A stretch of DNA of 64,000 nucleotides, taken from positions 32,001 to 96,000 of IMG/VR virus record IMGVR_UViG_3300037805_000525; one strand, written 5' to 3'. Both the position numbers and the translations under genes were made by a program. This stretch comes from a virus. The notes under the pieces are model-generated. The model was not told the DNA's origin and ran no database searches. It saw only the letters and a program-made list of their open reading frames with translations. Shown in pieces: positions 26,358 through 35,240 of the stretch (position 1 is the first letter of the stretch; each line of letters opens with the position of its first letter).

Positions 26358-29300
26358 TTGTCGTCCGCCTCTTCAGCAATGCGCCCTGTAGTAGCTTGGC
26401 GCGTATGTAACGTTCTTCACGAACGTCGATGGTGGGCGAGACGGGCGTCTTGGCCGTCTCCCCGGGTGATGGTTTTATGAACTTGGGTATCAGTTCGCTG
26501 CCGTCCCACCGAAGTAGTGCGTTGGCGGGGATAGGTGCGCCGTCGCGAGAGTCGTAGTCAAGTGTGCCCCACACAGCCCGCGAGCGGCGCTCACCGCTGT
26601 AGAACGCCTCCGCATGGAAGCCGGACCGCTTCGGGTCCCACAGCAGCGCCTCCGCCTGGTCTCGGGTATTTATGTCGATGTCCAGGTTCGCGTTACCTGC
26701 GAACATATCGGCGAACCCGGCGTACTTGCGTGCGATGTACCCGGTTGTGTAGTAGGGGACGTCGCCGCCGGCGTTGCGGATTTCAACCCACGTGCGCGCC
26801 AAGTGCTCCGCCGCGTCGAGTATCGAGTGCTTCTTCTCGAAGAACGTGCGTGGTACCTCGAATGTCTGGTCGCTCGATGGATCCTCTACGTCGAGCTGGA
26901 CAGTGACGTTGACCGCCTCATCCACCAGGTTGCCCTCGCTGTCGAAGTCTCCCGCTCCGGATGGGTCCAGACTAAGGACATCTGAGCTTGTCACGTCGGC
27001 GACGCTGCGGGATGCGGTCGTCCGAACGCCGATCCCCTCAGTGGCCTCCGCACCACGCGCGTCCGTGAACGTACCTTCGTCGATTATGGACGGGCACCCA
27101 ACTACGATGTCGTAGTACTCCTTGCCGATGTTTGACGCATAGAACGACGCGTCAAACCAGGGTGGTGTCAGCAGGTCCTCATTGTCGTACGTGACGGTGA
27201 CCTCCTTAGAGGACGTGCCGCTCTCATAAATGTCGACCACCACACCACTATGTCCGGATAGGCTGGACTGTTTACCGTTAGGGCCGTCGGTGAGTACGTT
27301 GTACCTGTAGCTGACAAACCGCGCGCCTGACGGGTCGATCTCCTCCCCGCCGTACCCGAGTATCTCGCGGTCGCGCCCAACAAGTCCCTGCTCCGCATCC
27401 TGGTCGTTGTAGTTCTTCACGCTGGCCACATACTTGCGGCCCTTGACGCGAGCGTACTCACGCGCACCAGGCTTGAGCGCGAGTGGTGCGCCGTGGCCGA
27501 GAGGCCCGCCCGCGCGCCCGGTGAACCCGGTGCTGCCGGGTACGCGGGCTTCGGTCTTTATGTAGTCGCTGAGCGGTATCACGCCTACTGGTGTCCCAAC
27601 TGGCGTTCCGCTTAGTACATCCGCGCTCGGGCCGGTCGCGTTGTAGACCTGCTGGCTAACAGCTGTCGTGTGATCCTGGATCATGAACAGCTTGTCCAAC
27701 GCACCCAGCTTCCGCCGGATGCGCGCGTCACCCTTCTCGTTGAAGAGCGCGCCGTCCGCGTGCGGAACCACGAACTGGCCCCCGCCCGTGGGCGTAAGCT
27801 TCCTGCGGAACCTACGCATAACATCACGGCGGACCTGGCCCCTCTCCTGGAAGAGGTCTAGGTGCTCGTCGTGGTACCTGCATTTGGTCAGCTGCACCGT
27901 CGTACTCGTGTGGCCGTCGGCGAGGCCATGCGATACGGAGCTCACCATCCCTAGAATGTGCCGCGCGGTGTGTGGCGTTGCCGCGTCGTCAGCAAGTGCG
28001 TGGTCGAGGACCAGCGCAGGAAGGCCGGGCACCAGGTTAGGCATGTACTGCCCAGTGACGGTGCATTGTCTGGAGGCGAAGCGGCTCAGGTAGAAGTAGT
28101 AGTTCGCCGCACGCTGTAGGTAGTTGTTTTTTGTATGCGCTGTGCGGTTCTCGGCCTCCTTCTTACTCACGCGCTTGGACCGGATTGCGGCCTTCATGAT
28201 CCGCCCGAACGCGTCGTCCTCGTCTGCCGACCGGATGTCGGGGATGATGCCGGTGAACCGCTCGTGGTCCATGATGAACCGGTGGCCTTTTGTCACGGCC
28301 TCCTTCGCGGAAATGGTCGCAGATGTCTTGGACTTGGCCTTGAACCCGAGCATGTCGACATTCGGCGCGAAGTACATATTTTTCTTGTCACGCCCGCTGT
28401 TGTAGCGGGTGAACAGCCACAGGCGCGTTGTCTCTGTTAGCCACCGACGCGTAAGAGTGACTGATGTGATCTGGTTAGGGAATATGGTGTTGCACTTCGG
28501 CGGCGGCGCCATGTACAGGTCAGGCATGAGCAGGTACGCATGGAGGCGGTCTCCATACTCGGCATCGACCTCGGTGGTCTTGTATATGCCGTGCCTGCCT
28601 GTACGGAGGTGTTTCAGTGCCTCCGCGAGCAGCCCTCGTGCGGCGCGGAGATTCGGAAGGTTATGTTGGAGGTAGGCGCCCTGAGAGACGGCGACTAGCG
28701 CACTCAACGGGGCGCGCCACGCCGCGAGCAGTGCGTTTAGTCCGTTGCGCAACTTCTGCAGCTTGGACTTGGACCCCGCTACTGACTCCGCCTCCTTCTC
28801 GAACTGCGCCTCCAGCTTTTCGATACCACCTGCGGCGTAGAACGCGGGGAACCCGGTGCCTGTTATGCGCTTGTCAAACAGCGCGTGTTGCTTGCCTGCG
28901 GGCTCCAGCTTCGTGGCGCCTAGCTCGCTCTGCGCGGTGTCCCACCGTGATATGTCCACGCCGTCTGGCGCGGTACGCACCACCTTGATCGCGAAGTCTA
29001 GTCGCGTACGTACGATCTTCTCCATCTGGTCGACCATCTTGAACAGGCGGTCCGCCTCTGTGCCTGCGCCCACGGTTCCGATTCGTACACTTACCTTGCG
29101 CTTCCCGCGCTTGCTGTTGAGGGGCATGTACGGCGGCGCGAGCACCCCAGCAGTACCGTGGAACGTCTTGCCTAGTACTGCGTGTATGAGCTGAGACACG
29201 CTCGCCGTGGCGCGTATGGAGCTGCTAATCCTACGGAAGTGGCGCTTGAACGACGCGTCGTCGATGAACAACCTGGACGTCGTGTCTGAGAACGGGAGGC

Positions 29301-29997
29301 CCAGCATGTGGGTCAGATTCAGGCGGACACCATTGAACGTGAGGAAGTCGTTCAGCCCCTTCGCATACCTGAACACCTTCGCAGTGTTGGTCTTTACCTT
29401 GTTTCCGTGTGAGTTAGGCCCTCCCGGATAAGCCCCGACCGCCAACTCAATCAGGGATATGACGCTGCCGCTGACGCCGTTCAGATGCGGGGCCGAAGTT
29501 GGTTTGCGGCTTAGGATCATCGGAAGTTGGTTGTGCCCGGTGTTCTTCCCGATCTGCGTCGTGACGGCTCCCGCGAATGCGGTACGTCGCGTGTCGTGTG
29601 CGCTGAGGGATCGCGAACCCCAGTACAGCTTCGCGTGGTCCAGGTAGCTCCACATGCCCGTGCACGAGTACGCGACCACCTGCCCGGTAGGTGTGCTGCG
29701 GTACGAGTACGAGTCGATCTCGCCCACGAACAGTAGCTTCCACAGGGAAAGATCATGATGTGAGCTTGCGTGCGTAAGGACGCCGTCCGGTGCGACAGTC
29801 ATCCCATTGTGCGCCTCGAAGTACCACACGGTCACGTACGTGCGTGGCTTCAGTAGCGTCGCTTCACGCACGTATGGTACTGCGATCTGCGCCTGCGTCG
29901 GCGAGCCGATCCCGCCGGACACAGACACAGAGGAGACGGGGACCTCTACACCCTCAACGACCAGGCGTGTTACAACTTTGCCGCCGCTTACAGACAC
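26347..29997 (-). CDS. putative baseplate hub / tail-associated protein
   Basis: N-terminal RLVVEGVEVPV...LLFVGEI; middle CTVTGQYMPNLVPGLP...VSSVSH typical of gp27/late-D-like hubs; downstream of tape measure. Confidence 0.65.
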   Translation of the reverse strand: MSVSGGKVVTRLVVEGVEVPVSSVSVSGGIGSPTQAQIAVPYVREATLLKPRTYVTVWYFEAHNGMTVAPDGVLTHASSHHDLSLWKLLFVGEIDSYSYRSTPTGQVVAYSCTGMWSYLDHAKLYWGSRSLSAHDTRRTAFAGAVTTQIGKNTGHNQLPMILSRKPTSAPHLNGVSGSVISLIELAVGAYPGGPNSHGNKVKTNTAKVFRYAKGLNDFLTFNGVRLNLTHMLGLPFSDTTSRLFIDDASFKRHFRRISSSIRATASVSQLIHAVLGKTFHGTAGVLAPPYMPLNSKRGKRKVSVRIGTVGAGTEADRLFKMVDQMEKIVRTRLDFAIKVVRTAPDGVDISRWDTAQSELGATKLEPAGKQHALFDKRITGTGFPAFYAAGGIEKLEAQFEKEAESVAGSKSKLQKLRNGLNALLAAWRAPLSALVAVSQGAYLQHNLPNLRAARGLLAEALKHLRTGRHGIYKTTEVDAEYGDRLHAYLLMPDLYMAPPPKCNTIFPNQITSVTLTRRWLTETTRLWLFTRYNSGRDKKNMYFAPNVDMLGFKAKSKTSATISAKEAVTKGHRFIMDHERFTGIIPDIRSADEDDAFGRIMKAAIRSKRVSKKEAENRTAHTKNNYLQRAANYYFYLSRFASRQCTVTGQYMPNLVPGLPALVLDHALADDAATPHTARHILGMVSSVSHGLADGHTSTTVQLTKCRYHDEHLDLFQERGQVRRDVMRRFRRKLTPTGGGQFVVPHADGALFNEKGDARIRRKLGALDKLFMIQDHTTAVSQQVYNATGPSADVLSGTPVGTPVGVIPLSDYIKTEARVPGSTGFTGRAGGPLGHGAPLALKPGAREYARVKGRKYVASVKNYNDQDAEQGLVGRDREILGYGGEEIDPSGARFVSYRYNVLTDGPNGKQSSLSGHSGVVVDIYESGTSSKEVTVTYDNEDLLTPPWFDASFYASNIGKEYYDIVVGCPSIIDEGTFTDARGAEATEGIGVRTTASRSVADVTSSDVLSLDPSGAGDFDSEGNLVDEAVNVTVQLDVEDPSSDQTFEVPRTFFEKKHSILDAAEHLARTWVEIRNAGGDVPYYTTGYIARKYAGFADMFAGNANLDIDINTRDQAEALLWDPKRSGFHAEAFYSGERRSRAVWGTLDYDSRDGAPIPANALLRWDGSELIPKFIKPSPGETAKTPVSPTIDVREERYIRAKLLQGALLKRRTTNDE

Positions 29998-30074
29998 AGC
30001 ACCACCCTCAGGTAGTCATCTTCGTGAACTTCGATGTTACTACAGATGCGCAGCGGCGGCACAGCAGTGCTTGA

Positions 30075-30091
30075 TTATCACAGTGTGATAT
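30075..30091. promoter_or_regulatory. 17-bp palindrome site 8
   Basis: TTATCACA-G-TGTGATAT, intergenic. Confidence 0.9.
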
Positions 30092-30100
30092 TGGCGCGCG

Positions 30101-31552
30101 CTACAGGAACTGCATACCCTGCGCGCCGCGATTGTCGTACGCCGGCGGCTTCCAGGTGGCAATCACATCAGGCGACTTGCCTGTTACAGTGCCGCGCAGC
30201 GTGGTGGCTACCGCGGGTACGATGGCGTACGCCATCTTGTCCACAATCTGCTCAACGCTGCCCTCGGTGAAGTACGGAGCAGGGACGCCGCGTGCGGCAA
30301 TTGCGCTACTCCCCCAACCTACACCAGCTGCGAGCGAGCTCGTTATCGTACCGAGATAGCCGAACCAAGCGTTCACCTCACCACGCTGAACGCCCATGTT
30401 GGATTCGAAGTCGCCAGTCTTGGAGACGCCGAGGGCGGTTTCGACCTCGAGCACCGCCGCGGTAGCGCCTGCGTGCAGCACTGAGCGAAGTGATTGCACC
30501 GCTGTCGCCTGCAGGTAGTTCGCGAAGTTGGCTGGGCCACTCAACGCGGCGAATGCCCCGCGCCGTACGGCGGCCAGCGACTCGCCCACGAACTTCTGTG
30601 TGAACGCGTCCGGCGAGGCGCCTGGTACATCCGACTCAGCTGCGGCTGCTGCTGTGGCAGTGATCCACTTATCGCCGAGCACAGGCAACCAGTCGATAAT
30701 CGACTTACGCGTCGAGTTCATATACCTCCCTGGCCTGATCTGCGCGGTGGCCTCCACCTGGTTGTAGTAGTTCCCCTTCCCGGAGAGGAACCCCTTCGTG
30801 CTGGACAGGTCGACGTACCGCGTAACCAAGAACGACATACTGAACGGGAGTAGAGTGTCGGTCTGCGCGTTCTGGCTTGCGGACGCGTTGAGCGGGTACC
30901 CTTCGATCAACACGTCGTCAAACACCAAGTACATCCGCGCATCCATGGCCAGTAGGCGGGACGCACGAAAGAAGTTGTCGTAGTTCTTCCAGAAGACCGC
31001 ACGCCAGTTGAACTCAACTGTGTTGAACAGCTGCCCCGTCAGGTTCAGTACAACCGGCTTCTGGCCGTACGCGTACAGGAAGTTTCCGGAGAACGTCTCG
31101 AGGAGCTGCGTTTTTTCGACGCGCTGTTCCTGGATCCCGGTGAGCGACCAGTCGGTCCATGCGTAGGAGTTCGGCTTGTCGAGCCGCGCCTTGTTGCGTG
31201 CTTGGTCAACGTCAGGCTGTGCGGGTAGTCCGGCGGAGTTCACACGCAGTCGGACGTTGTCCGCACTAACGTCGATATCGCTTAGATTGCTGTACAGCTC
31301 TACGGGCGTGCCATCCGACCGAACAACCTGTGCGAATGCGAAGCTATCTGGCTTCGTGGAGTGCCCGACGTACGGCCGGGACACACGTGTGGTGTCCGTG
31401 ACGTGCCGGCTGATCCCTGCGCGCTGCTCTGGCGCCCCGTCGTACAGGCCAGGGTGCTCAAGTCGTGACTTGATCGAGGGGATGTACGACGCGCGCGTCG
31501 ACGCTGCGGTGAGGAACGGATCGGGCGTAATCATGAACGTTGGGTGGGCCAT
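30101..31552 (-). CDS. putative tail tube initiator/baseplate protein
   Basis: EQRVEKTQLLETFSG.FLYAYGQKPVVLNLTGQL tube-like fold pattern. Confidence 0.55.
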   Translation of the reverse strand: MAHPTFMITPDPFLTAASTRASYIPSIKSRLEHPGLYDGAPEQRAGISRHVTDTTRVSRPYVGHSTKPDSFAFAQVVRSDGTPVELYSNLSDIDVSADNVRLRVNSAGLPAQPDVDQARNKARLDKPNSYAWTDWSLTGIQEQRVEKTQLLETFSGNFLYAYGQKPVVLNLTGQLFNTVEFNWRAVFWKNYDNFFRASRLLAMDARMYLVFDDVLIEGYPLNASASQNAQTDTLLPFSMSFLVTRYVDLSSTKGFLSGKGNYYNQVEATAQIRPGRYMNSTRKSIIDWLPVLGDKWITATAAAAAESDVPGASPDAFTQKFVGESLAAVRRGAFAALSGPANFANYLQATAVQSLRSVLHAGATAAVLEVETALGVSKTGDFESNMGVQRGEVNAWFGYLGTITSSLAAGVGWGSSAIAARGVPAPYFTEGSVEQIVDKMAYAIVPAVATTLRGTVTGKSPDVIATWKPPAYDNRGAQGMQFL

Positions 31553-31603
31553 GTGCGCGCCTCCAGCAGGTCTGGCGGTTGCCCGCGGTTGGGGATCTTA
31601 CGC

Positions 31604-31747
31604 CTATTTGGGGGGGACCGGAATGGTGCGTCGGGGCACTGTAGGCGCGAGGGCTGCCTTCTGTGCGCGGCTTGTGGTCCGCACTGCCTGTTGGATGCGG
31701 TGCTTCGCCAGGAGCAGCTGCTTGAGTGTCATCGAGACCATGCGCAT
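31604..31747 (-). CDS. small basic protein (not in ORF track)
   Basis: RBS ggag, ATG 31747; MRMVSMTLKQLLLAKHRIQQ...PPK*. Confidence 0.5.
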   Translation of the reverse strand: MRMVSMTLKQLLLAKHRIQQAVRTTSRAQKAALAPTVPRRTIPVPPK

Positions 31748-31759
31748 GTAGCACTCCGA

Positions 31760-31987
31760 TCAGTAGCGCGGCACGAGCTGCGCGATGGTTGTTAGCGGTA
31801 CGGGCGTGATTGGCACGCCGTCGCGCATCTTGAGGTTGAACAAGTACACGCCGGACTGGTGCAGGAGAACCATTTCGGGCGAAAGTTTGTCTACAAGACG
31901 TACACGGTGCGCACCTGTTGGCGACCTCACAACTGTAGATGTTTCGTTTCCGGGCGTGCCAGAGACGAGCTGCGATTCGTCGGTCAC
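31760..31987 (-). CDS. small hypothetical protein
   Basis: GTG with RBS ggagg inside ORF 31760..32059. Confidence 0.5.
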   Translation of the reverse strand: MTDESQLVSGTPGNETSTVVRSPTGAHRVRLVDKLSPEMVLLHQSGVYLFNLKMRDGVPITPVPLTTIAQLVPRY

Positions 31988-32040
31988 GGGCGCCTCCAAG
32001 ACGTCGATTAGGCTAAGTATTACACGCGTGCGCCACGCGG

Positions 32041-32067
32041 CAAAGATATGAAGCGCCATGGTATAAG
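32041..32067 (+). promoter_or_regulatory. putative phage promoter
   Basis: caaa-N15-GGTATAAG. Confidence 0.75.
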
Positions 32068-32105
32068 CACAATACTACGTAGCACCAAGACCTACGTATG
32101 GAGGT

Positions 32106-33002
32106 GTGATGGAAGCCCTATTGACGACGACATCAGAGACCACCGCCAGGCTGTACACCGAGCGGTGGGAGACTTGGGTCGAGTACTGCGCGGAGAATGG
32201 CGTCGACCCCGAAGCGGTTGAGGAGTACTCGACGTGGGTGAATTTCCTGCAGTCGCGGATCGACGCCGGCGAGGACGCTAGCAAGTACGTGACCGCCGTC
32301 CGGCATGTGTACCGCGCACACGAGTACGAGAACGTGTCGGACTTCTACGCGACGGTGAAGTCTATGCTTGACGCTGGTGAGCTCACACAACCAGACGTGG
32401 TGGAGGTACCCAAGGTAGTCGAGGCTGCAGCCAAGAAGGCGGCCAAGCACACAGTTGACGACGACGGAATCGGCCCGTTCGGTAACGAGCACGTGGGTAC
32501 GCGTGCGCAGCTTCCGGCTGGTCCGCGGTGGGACAAGCTGCAGAAGGTGGCGCCCGCTGACGCAGAAATCGGGTGTGTTTACAAAATGGCGAACGGCTCG
32601 CTGTGGTTCCGCCGCGCCGGATCGTGGTGCGGCTTGGACGAGGACGGATCGTTCAAGGGCACAGTCCTCACCGACACATACATAAGTAAACTCCGTGTGC
32701 TTGGCAAGGTGGAGTACTACGAGGACGAGCTCACGCGAGTGGTCGTCACCACACTGGGGGAGTTGCTCAACGCGGCCCTCCCAGATGACGCGCCCACAGG
32801 CGGGCGCCTGGACAAGAATCCGCGCATGGAGCGTGTGCTGTTGGAGCTTCTCGCTCGTCAGGGCGGGTGGGGGAGCTACGCGGACTTCCTCGAAGAGATC
32901 GCACTGGGCGACGGCGCCCAGGTTCTGACCGACCCGAAGAAGGTTGGAACCCTCCTCATGGACGCATGGGTAGAGGCGTTCACCGAGGATGAGGAGGAGT
33001 AG
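32106..33002 (+). CDS. protein with N-terminal integrase SAM-like (core-binding) domain, no catalytic domain seen
   Basis: SETTARLYTERWETWVEYCAENG..P...FLQ...YVTAVRHVYRAH. Confidence 0.55.
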   Translation: MMEALLTTTSETTARLYTERWETWVEYCAENGVDPEAVEEYSTWVNFLQSRIDAGEDASKYVTAVRHVYRAHEYENVSDFYATVKSMLDAGELTQPDVVEVPKVVEAAAKKAAKHTVDDDGIGPFGNEHVGTRAQLPAGPRWDKLQKVAPADAEIGCVYKMANGSLWFRRAGSWCGLDEDGSFKGTVLTDTYISKLRVLGKVEYYEDELTRVVVTTLGELLNAALPDDAPTGGRLDKNPRMERVLLELLARQGGWGSYADFLEEIALGDGAQVLTDPKKVGTLLMDAWVEAFTEDEEE

Positions 33003-33059
33003 GCCAACACACACGGGTACAGTGGTAGGATTGTTGGGTTGCAAACTAAGGTGAGCTGA

Positions 33060-33560
33060 ATGGGTCAAGGAACAGACTTCGGATTCATCACAATCAAGAG
33101 CAGGAACCACCCTAAGTTACTGGCGCACATCTTGGCGAAAGACCCCCGAGCGTACGTGTTTGGGAAGTTTGTAGGCTTCCAGCTAGCCACCACCCACAGC
33201 GGAGCGTACATACGCGTACGGCGGTTCAATCTGCTGGCGGGTGGTAGGCAGTGGCTGCCCGAGCCGCGTATAGGTTACGCATTCCTATACAACACCATAC
33301 GCGCGCTAGGCGAGCGCATGCCGCGCGACGACCAGTACGGGAACCCGTTTAACCTGGCTCACCTTGCACACGCCGTACACTCAAGCGAGGGTATGTGGGA
33401 GCCGTATTGGGATGCCGTTCGGTTCGCTAACATCGTTGAGAAGGAAGCGCCTGGAGAGTTCGTGGAGCTCGTACAGGCCCTGCGGAATAACAAACCACCC
33501 GCGCGGGTAACCCGTGTGGAGCTACGGAGATTGAATTGCCTCGTACAAAAGATCAGCTGA
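33060..33560 (+). CDS. hypothetical protein
   Basis: ORF in plus-strand island. Confidence 0.65.
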   Translation: MGQGTDFGFITIKSRNHPKLLAHILAKDPRAYVFGKFVGFQLATTHSGAYIRVRRFNLLAGGRQWLPEPRIGYAFLYNTIRALGERMPRDDQYGNPFNLAHLAHAVHSSEGMWEPYWDAVRFANIVEKEAPGEFVELVQALRNNKPPARVTRVELRRLNCLVQKIS

Positions 33561-34135
33561 TGGAGCTAGCCACGGGCGGCTCACACCTCAACTACCTCGC
33601 GCACATACAGTTCCAGGCAACTACCGCCAACCTACTGCACGCGGTTGAGGTGCTCAGAGGGAACGCGCTATACGGGCTTGAAGCGCGCAGCACAGCTGAG
33701 AAGATCGAAACCGTACTGACCACGGTCGACGCGATTAAGGGCGCGCTCAGCTCAGCGAAGGACATGCTGGAGAACTTGTCCGTCAACCTCGTGTGGGAGG
33801 TCCTGCTCGGAGAGGCCAAGGGCGACAAGGAGCTACTCGCCAAGTTACGTGATGCGGTGCCTACGGGCACGCTAGACGAGTTGGTGGGGCGCCTCACTGA
33901 AGCCGCTGAGGCCGTGAAGGAACTCGAGCGCCGGGAGCACGATGCCGATCAGACCGAAAATTCCTCCGGCGGGGTCGCAGGCCCAGAGTCCGCAATCTTC
34001 GGAGGGTCCGTGGGGAGCCACGAGTCGCCCATCGAAGAGCCACCCGTCGGGCCGAGCAGCGTGGCACCAAGCAACGCAGAGGCGGAGGAGTCCGACAACA
34101 CAGACGACGCTGAGGGAACCGTATCAGACTTCTGA
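33560..34135 (+). CDS. coiled-coil protein with acidic tail
   Basis: TGATG overlap start. Confidence 0.65.
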   Translation: MELATGGSHLNYLAHIQFQATTANLLHAVEVLRGNALYGLEARSTAEKIETVLTTVDAIKGALSSAKDMLENLSVNLVWEVLLGEAKGDKELLAKLRDAVPTGTLDELVGRLTEAAEAVKELERREHDADQTENSSGGVAGPESAIFGGSVGSHESPIEEPPVGPSSVAPSNAEAEESDNTDDAEGTVSDF

Positions 34136-34757
34136 GCGGGAGTACGCACGACTCCCGCTAGACTTCGTTGACGGACCCCCTACACACCCAGGTACGTGGC
34201 TGCTGCGCATGGACGCGCCTGTACCGGGGGGTGTGTTTCTGGTCGTCAACTACTACATCGACGAGCGTGGGCGCCTAGCGCCCGAGTCCGGTTACGCGGG
34301 ACACACGGTACGCGGATGGGACAAGGAGCTAAAGATTGCAATGCTTAGCGTAGGCGAGGGACCCGGGGATATCGCGCACTGCGCGTTTGTAATGGACGGG
34401 CTGCTTCGCGTGCTCCTGTTCATGGGTGTTATCCAGGTCGACCACGGCAGGTACCACACCACGGTCGTAGACGGATTTGTCCTGATGGCGTACGAGCTGT
34501 GCCACGCGACCAAGTCGGGCGTCTCTGGTACCGCGTGGATTGTCACGCATGAGGACTCGAACGCGGGAGGCGCGTCAGTGCAGGTCGTGCTCGGAAACAG
34601 CAATGGCGACGGGGTACGTGCAACCTACGACTGTACCGCGAAGGGTGGTGTGGTGTGGGGGGTAACCAACGCACGTAACGGCGATGAGGGGGAGGAGAGG
34701 GGGGTGAAAACGGCGGACCTTAGAGATGTGTTCGAGCGGACGCTACGACACCTGTAG
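33942..34757 (+). CDS. hypothetical protein (true start probably after 34130)
   Basis: ORF; 5' part overlaps previous gene. Confidence 0.55.
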   Translation: MPIRPKIPPAGSQAQSPQSSEGPWGATSRPSKSHPSGRAAWHQATQRRRSPTTQTTLREPYQTSEREYARLPLDFVDGPPTHPGTWLLRMDAPVPGGVFLVVNYYIDERGRLAPESGYAGHTVRGWDKELKIAMLSVGEGPGDIAHCAFVMDGLLRVLLFMGVIQVDHGRYHTTVVDGFVLMAYELCHATKSGVSGTAWIVTHEDSNAGGASVQVVLGNSNGDGVRATYDCTAKGGVVWGVTNARNGDEGEERGVKTADLRDVFERTLRHL

Positions 34758-34760
34758 TAA

Positions 34761-34777
34761 TTATCACAGCGTGATAA
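34761..34777. promoter_or_regulatory. 17-bp palindrome site 9
   Basis: TTATCACA-G-CGTGATAA between convergent genes. Confidence 0.85.
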
Positions 34778-34788
34778 TGGCCGAACCG

Positions 34789-35136
34789 CTACGCGATCTT
34801 CCGGGCTGCGACTGGAACCTCTTCACGCAGCGGTTCGGCCTCAATGTATTGCTCAGAGTGCTCACCCAACTTCAGCCGCACACCCCACTCACGCACCTTA
34901 TGGATCTGGTTGCCCTTTCGGACCATCTCCGCGGCAGCCGCTTCGAAGTCCGCGAGGCTTGTGAAGTTGAGGCTGTTGAGCACCTCTTCACCTGTGCGCG
35001 TGGAGCAGTAGGTCACGACGCGGCTGCCGTCGGGACCAAACAGGCGGATCACGTCCTGGTCACGCATCCACTTGTGTGACGTAGGAACCCATTCTCCGTT
35101 AAGCAGCCTCTTCTCGATAAGTAGTGCGTGCGACAA
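34789..35136 (-). CDS. hypothetical protein
   Basis: TTG start with RBS aggagg. Confidence 0.65.
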   Translation of the reverse strand: MSHALLIEKRLLNGEWVPTSHKWMRDQDVIRLFGPDGSRVVTYCSTRTGEEVLNSLNFTSLADFEAAAAEMVRKGNQIHKVREWGVRLKLGEHSEQYIEAEPLREEVPVAARKIA

Positions 35137-35240
35137 GCTGCACCTCCTAAACCAACCCACGTGTTCGCGGGGTACACCTACTTTCTACTGGGCCGGTCGG
35201 CCGGCCGCAAGCGCAAAGTTCGCGCGCCTGCGCGACTGCA

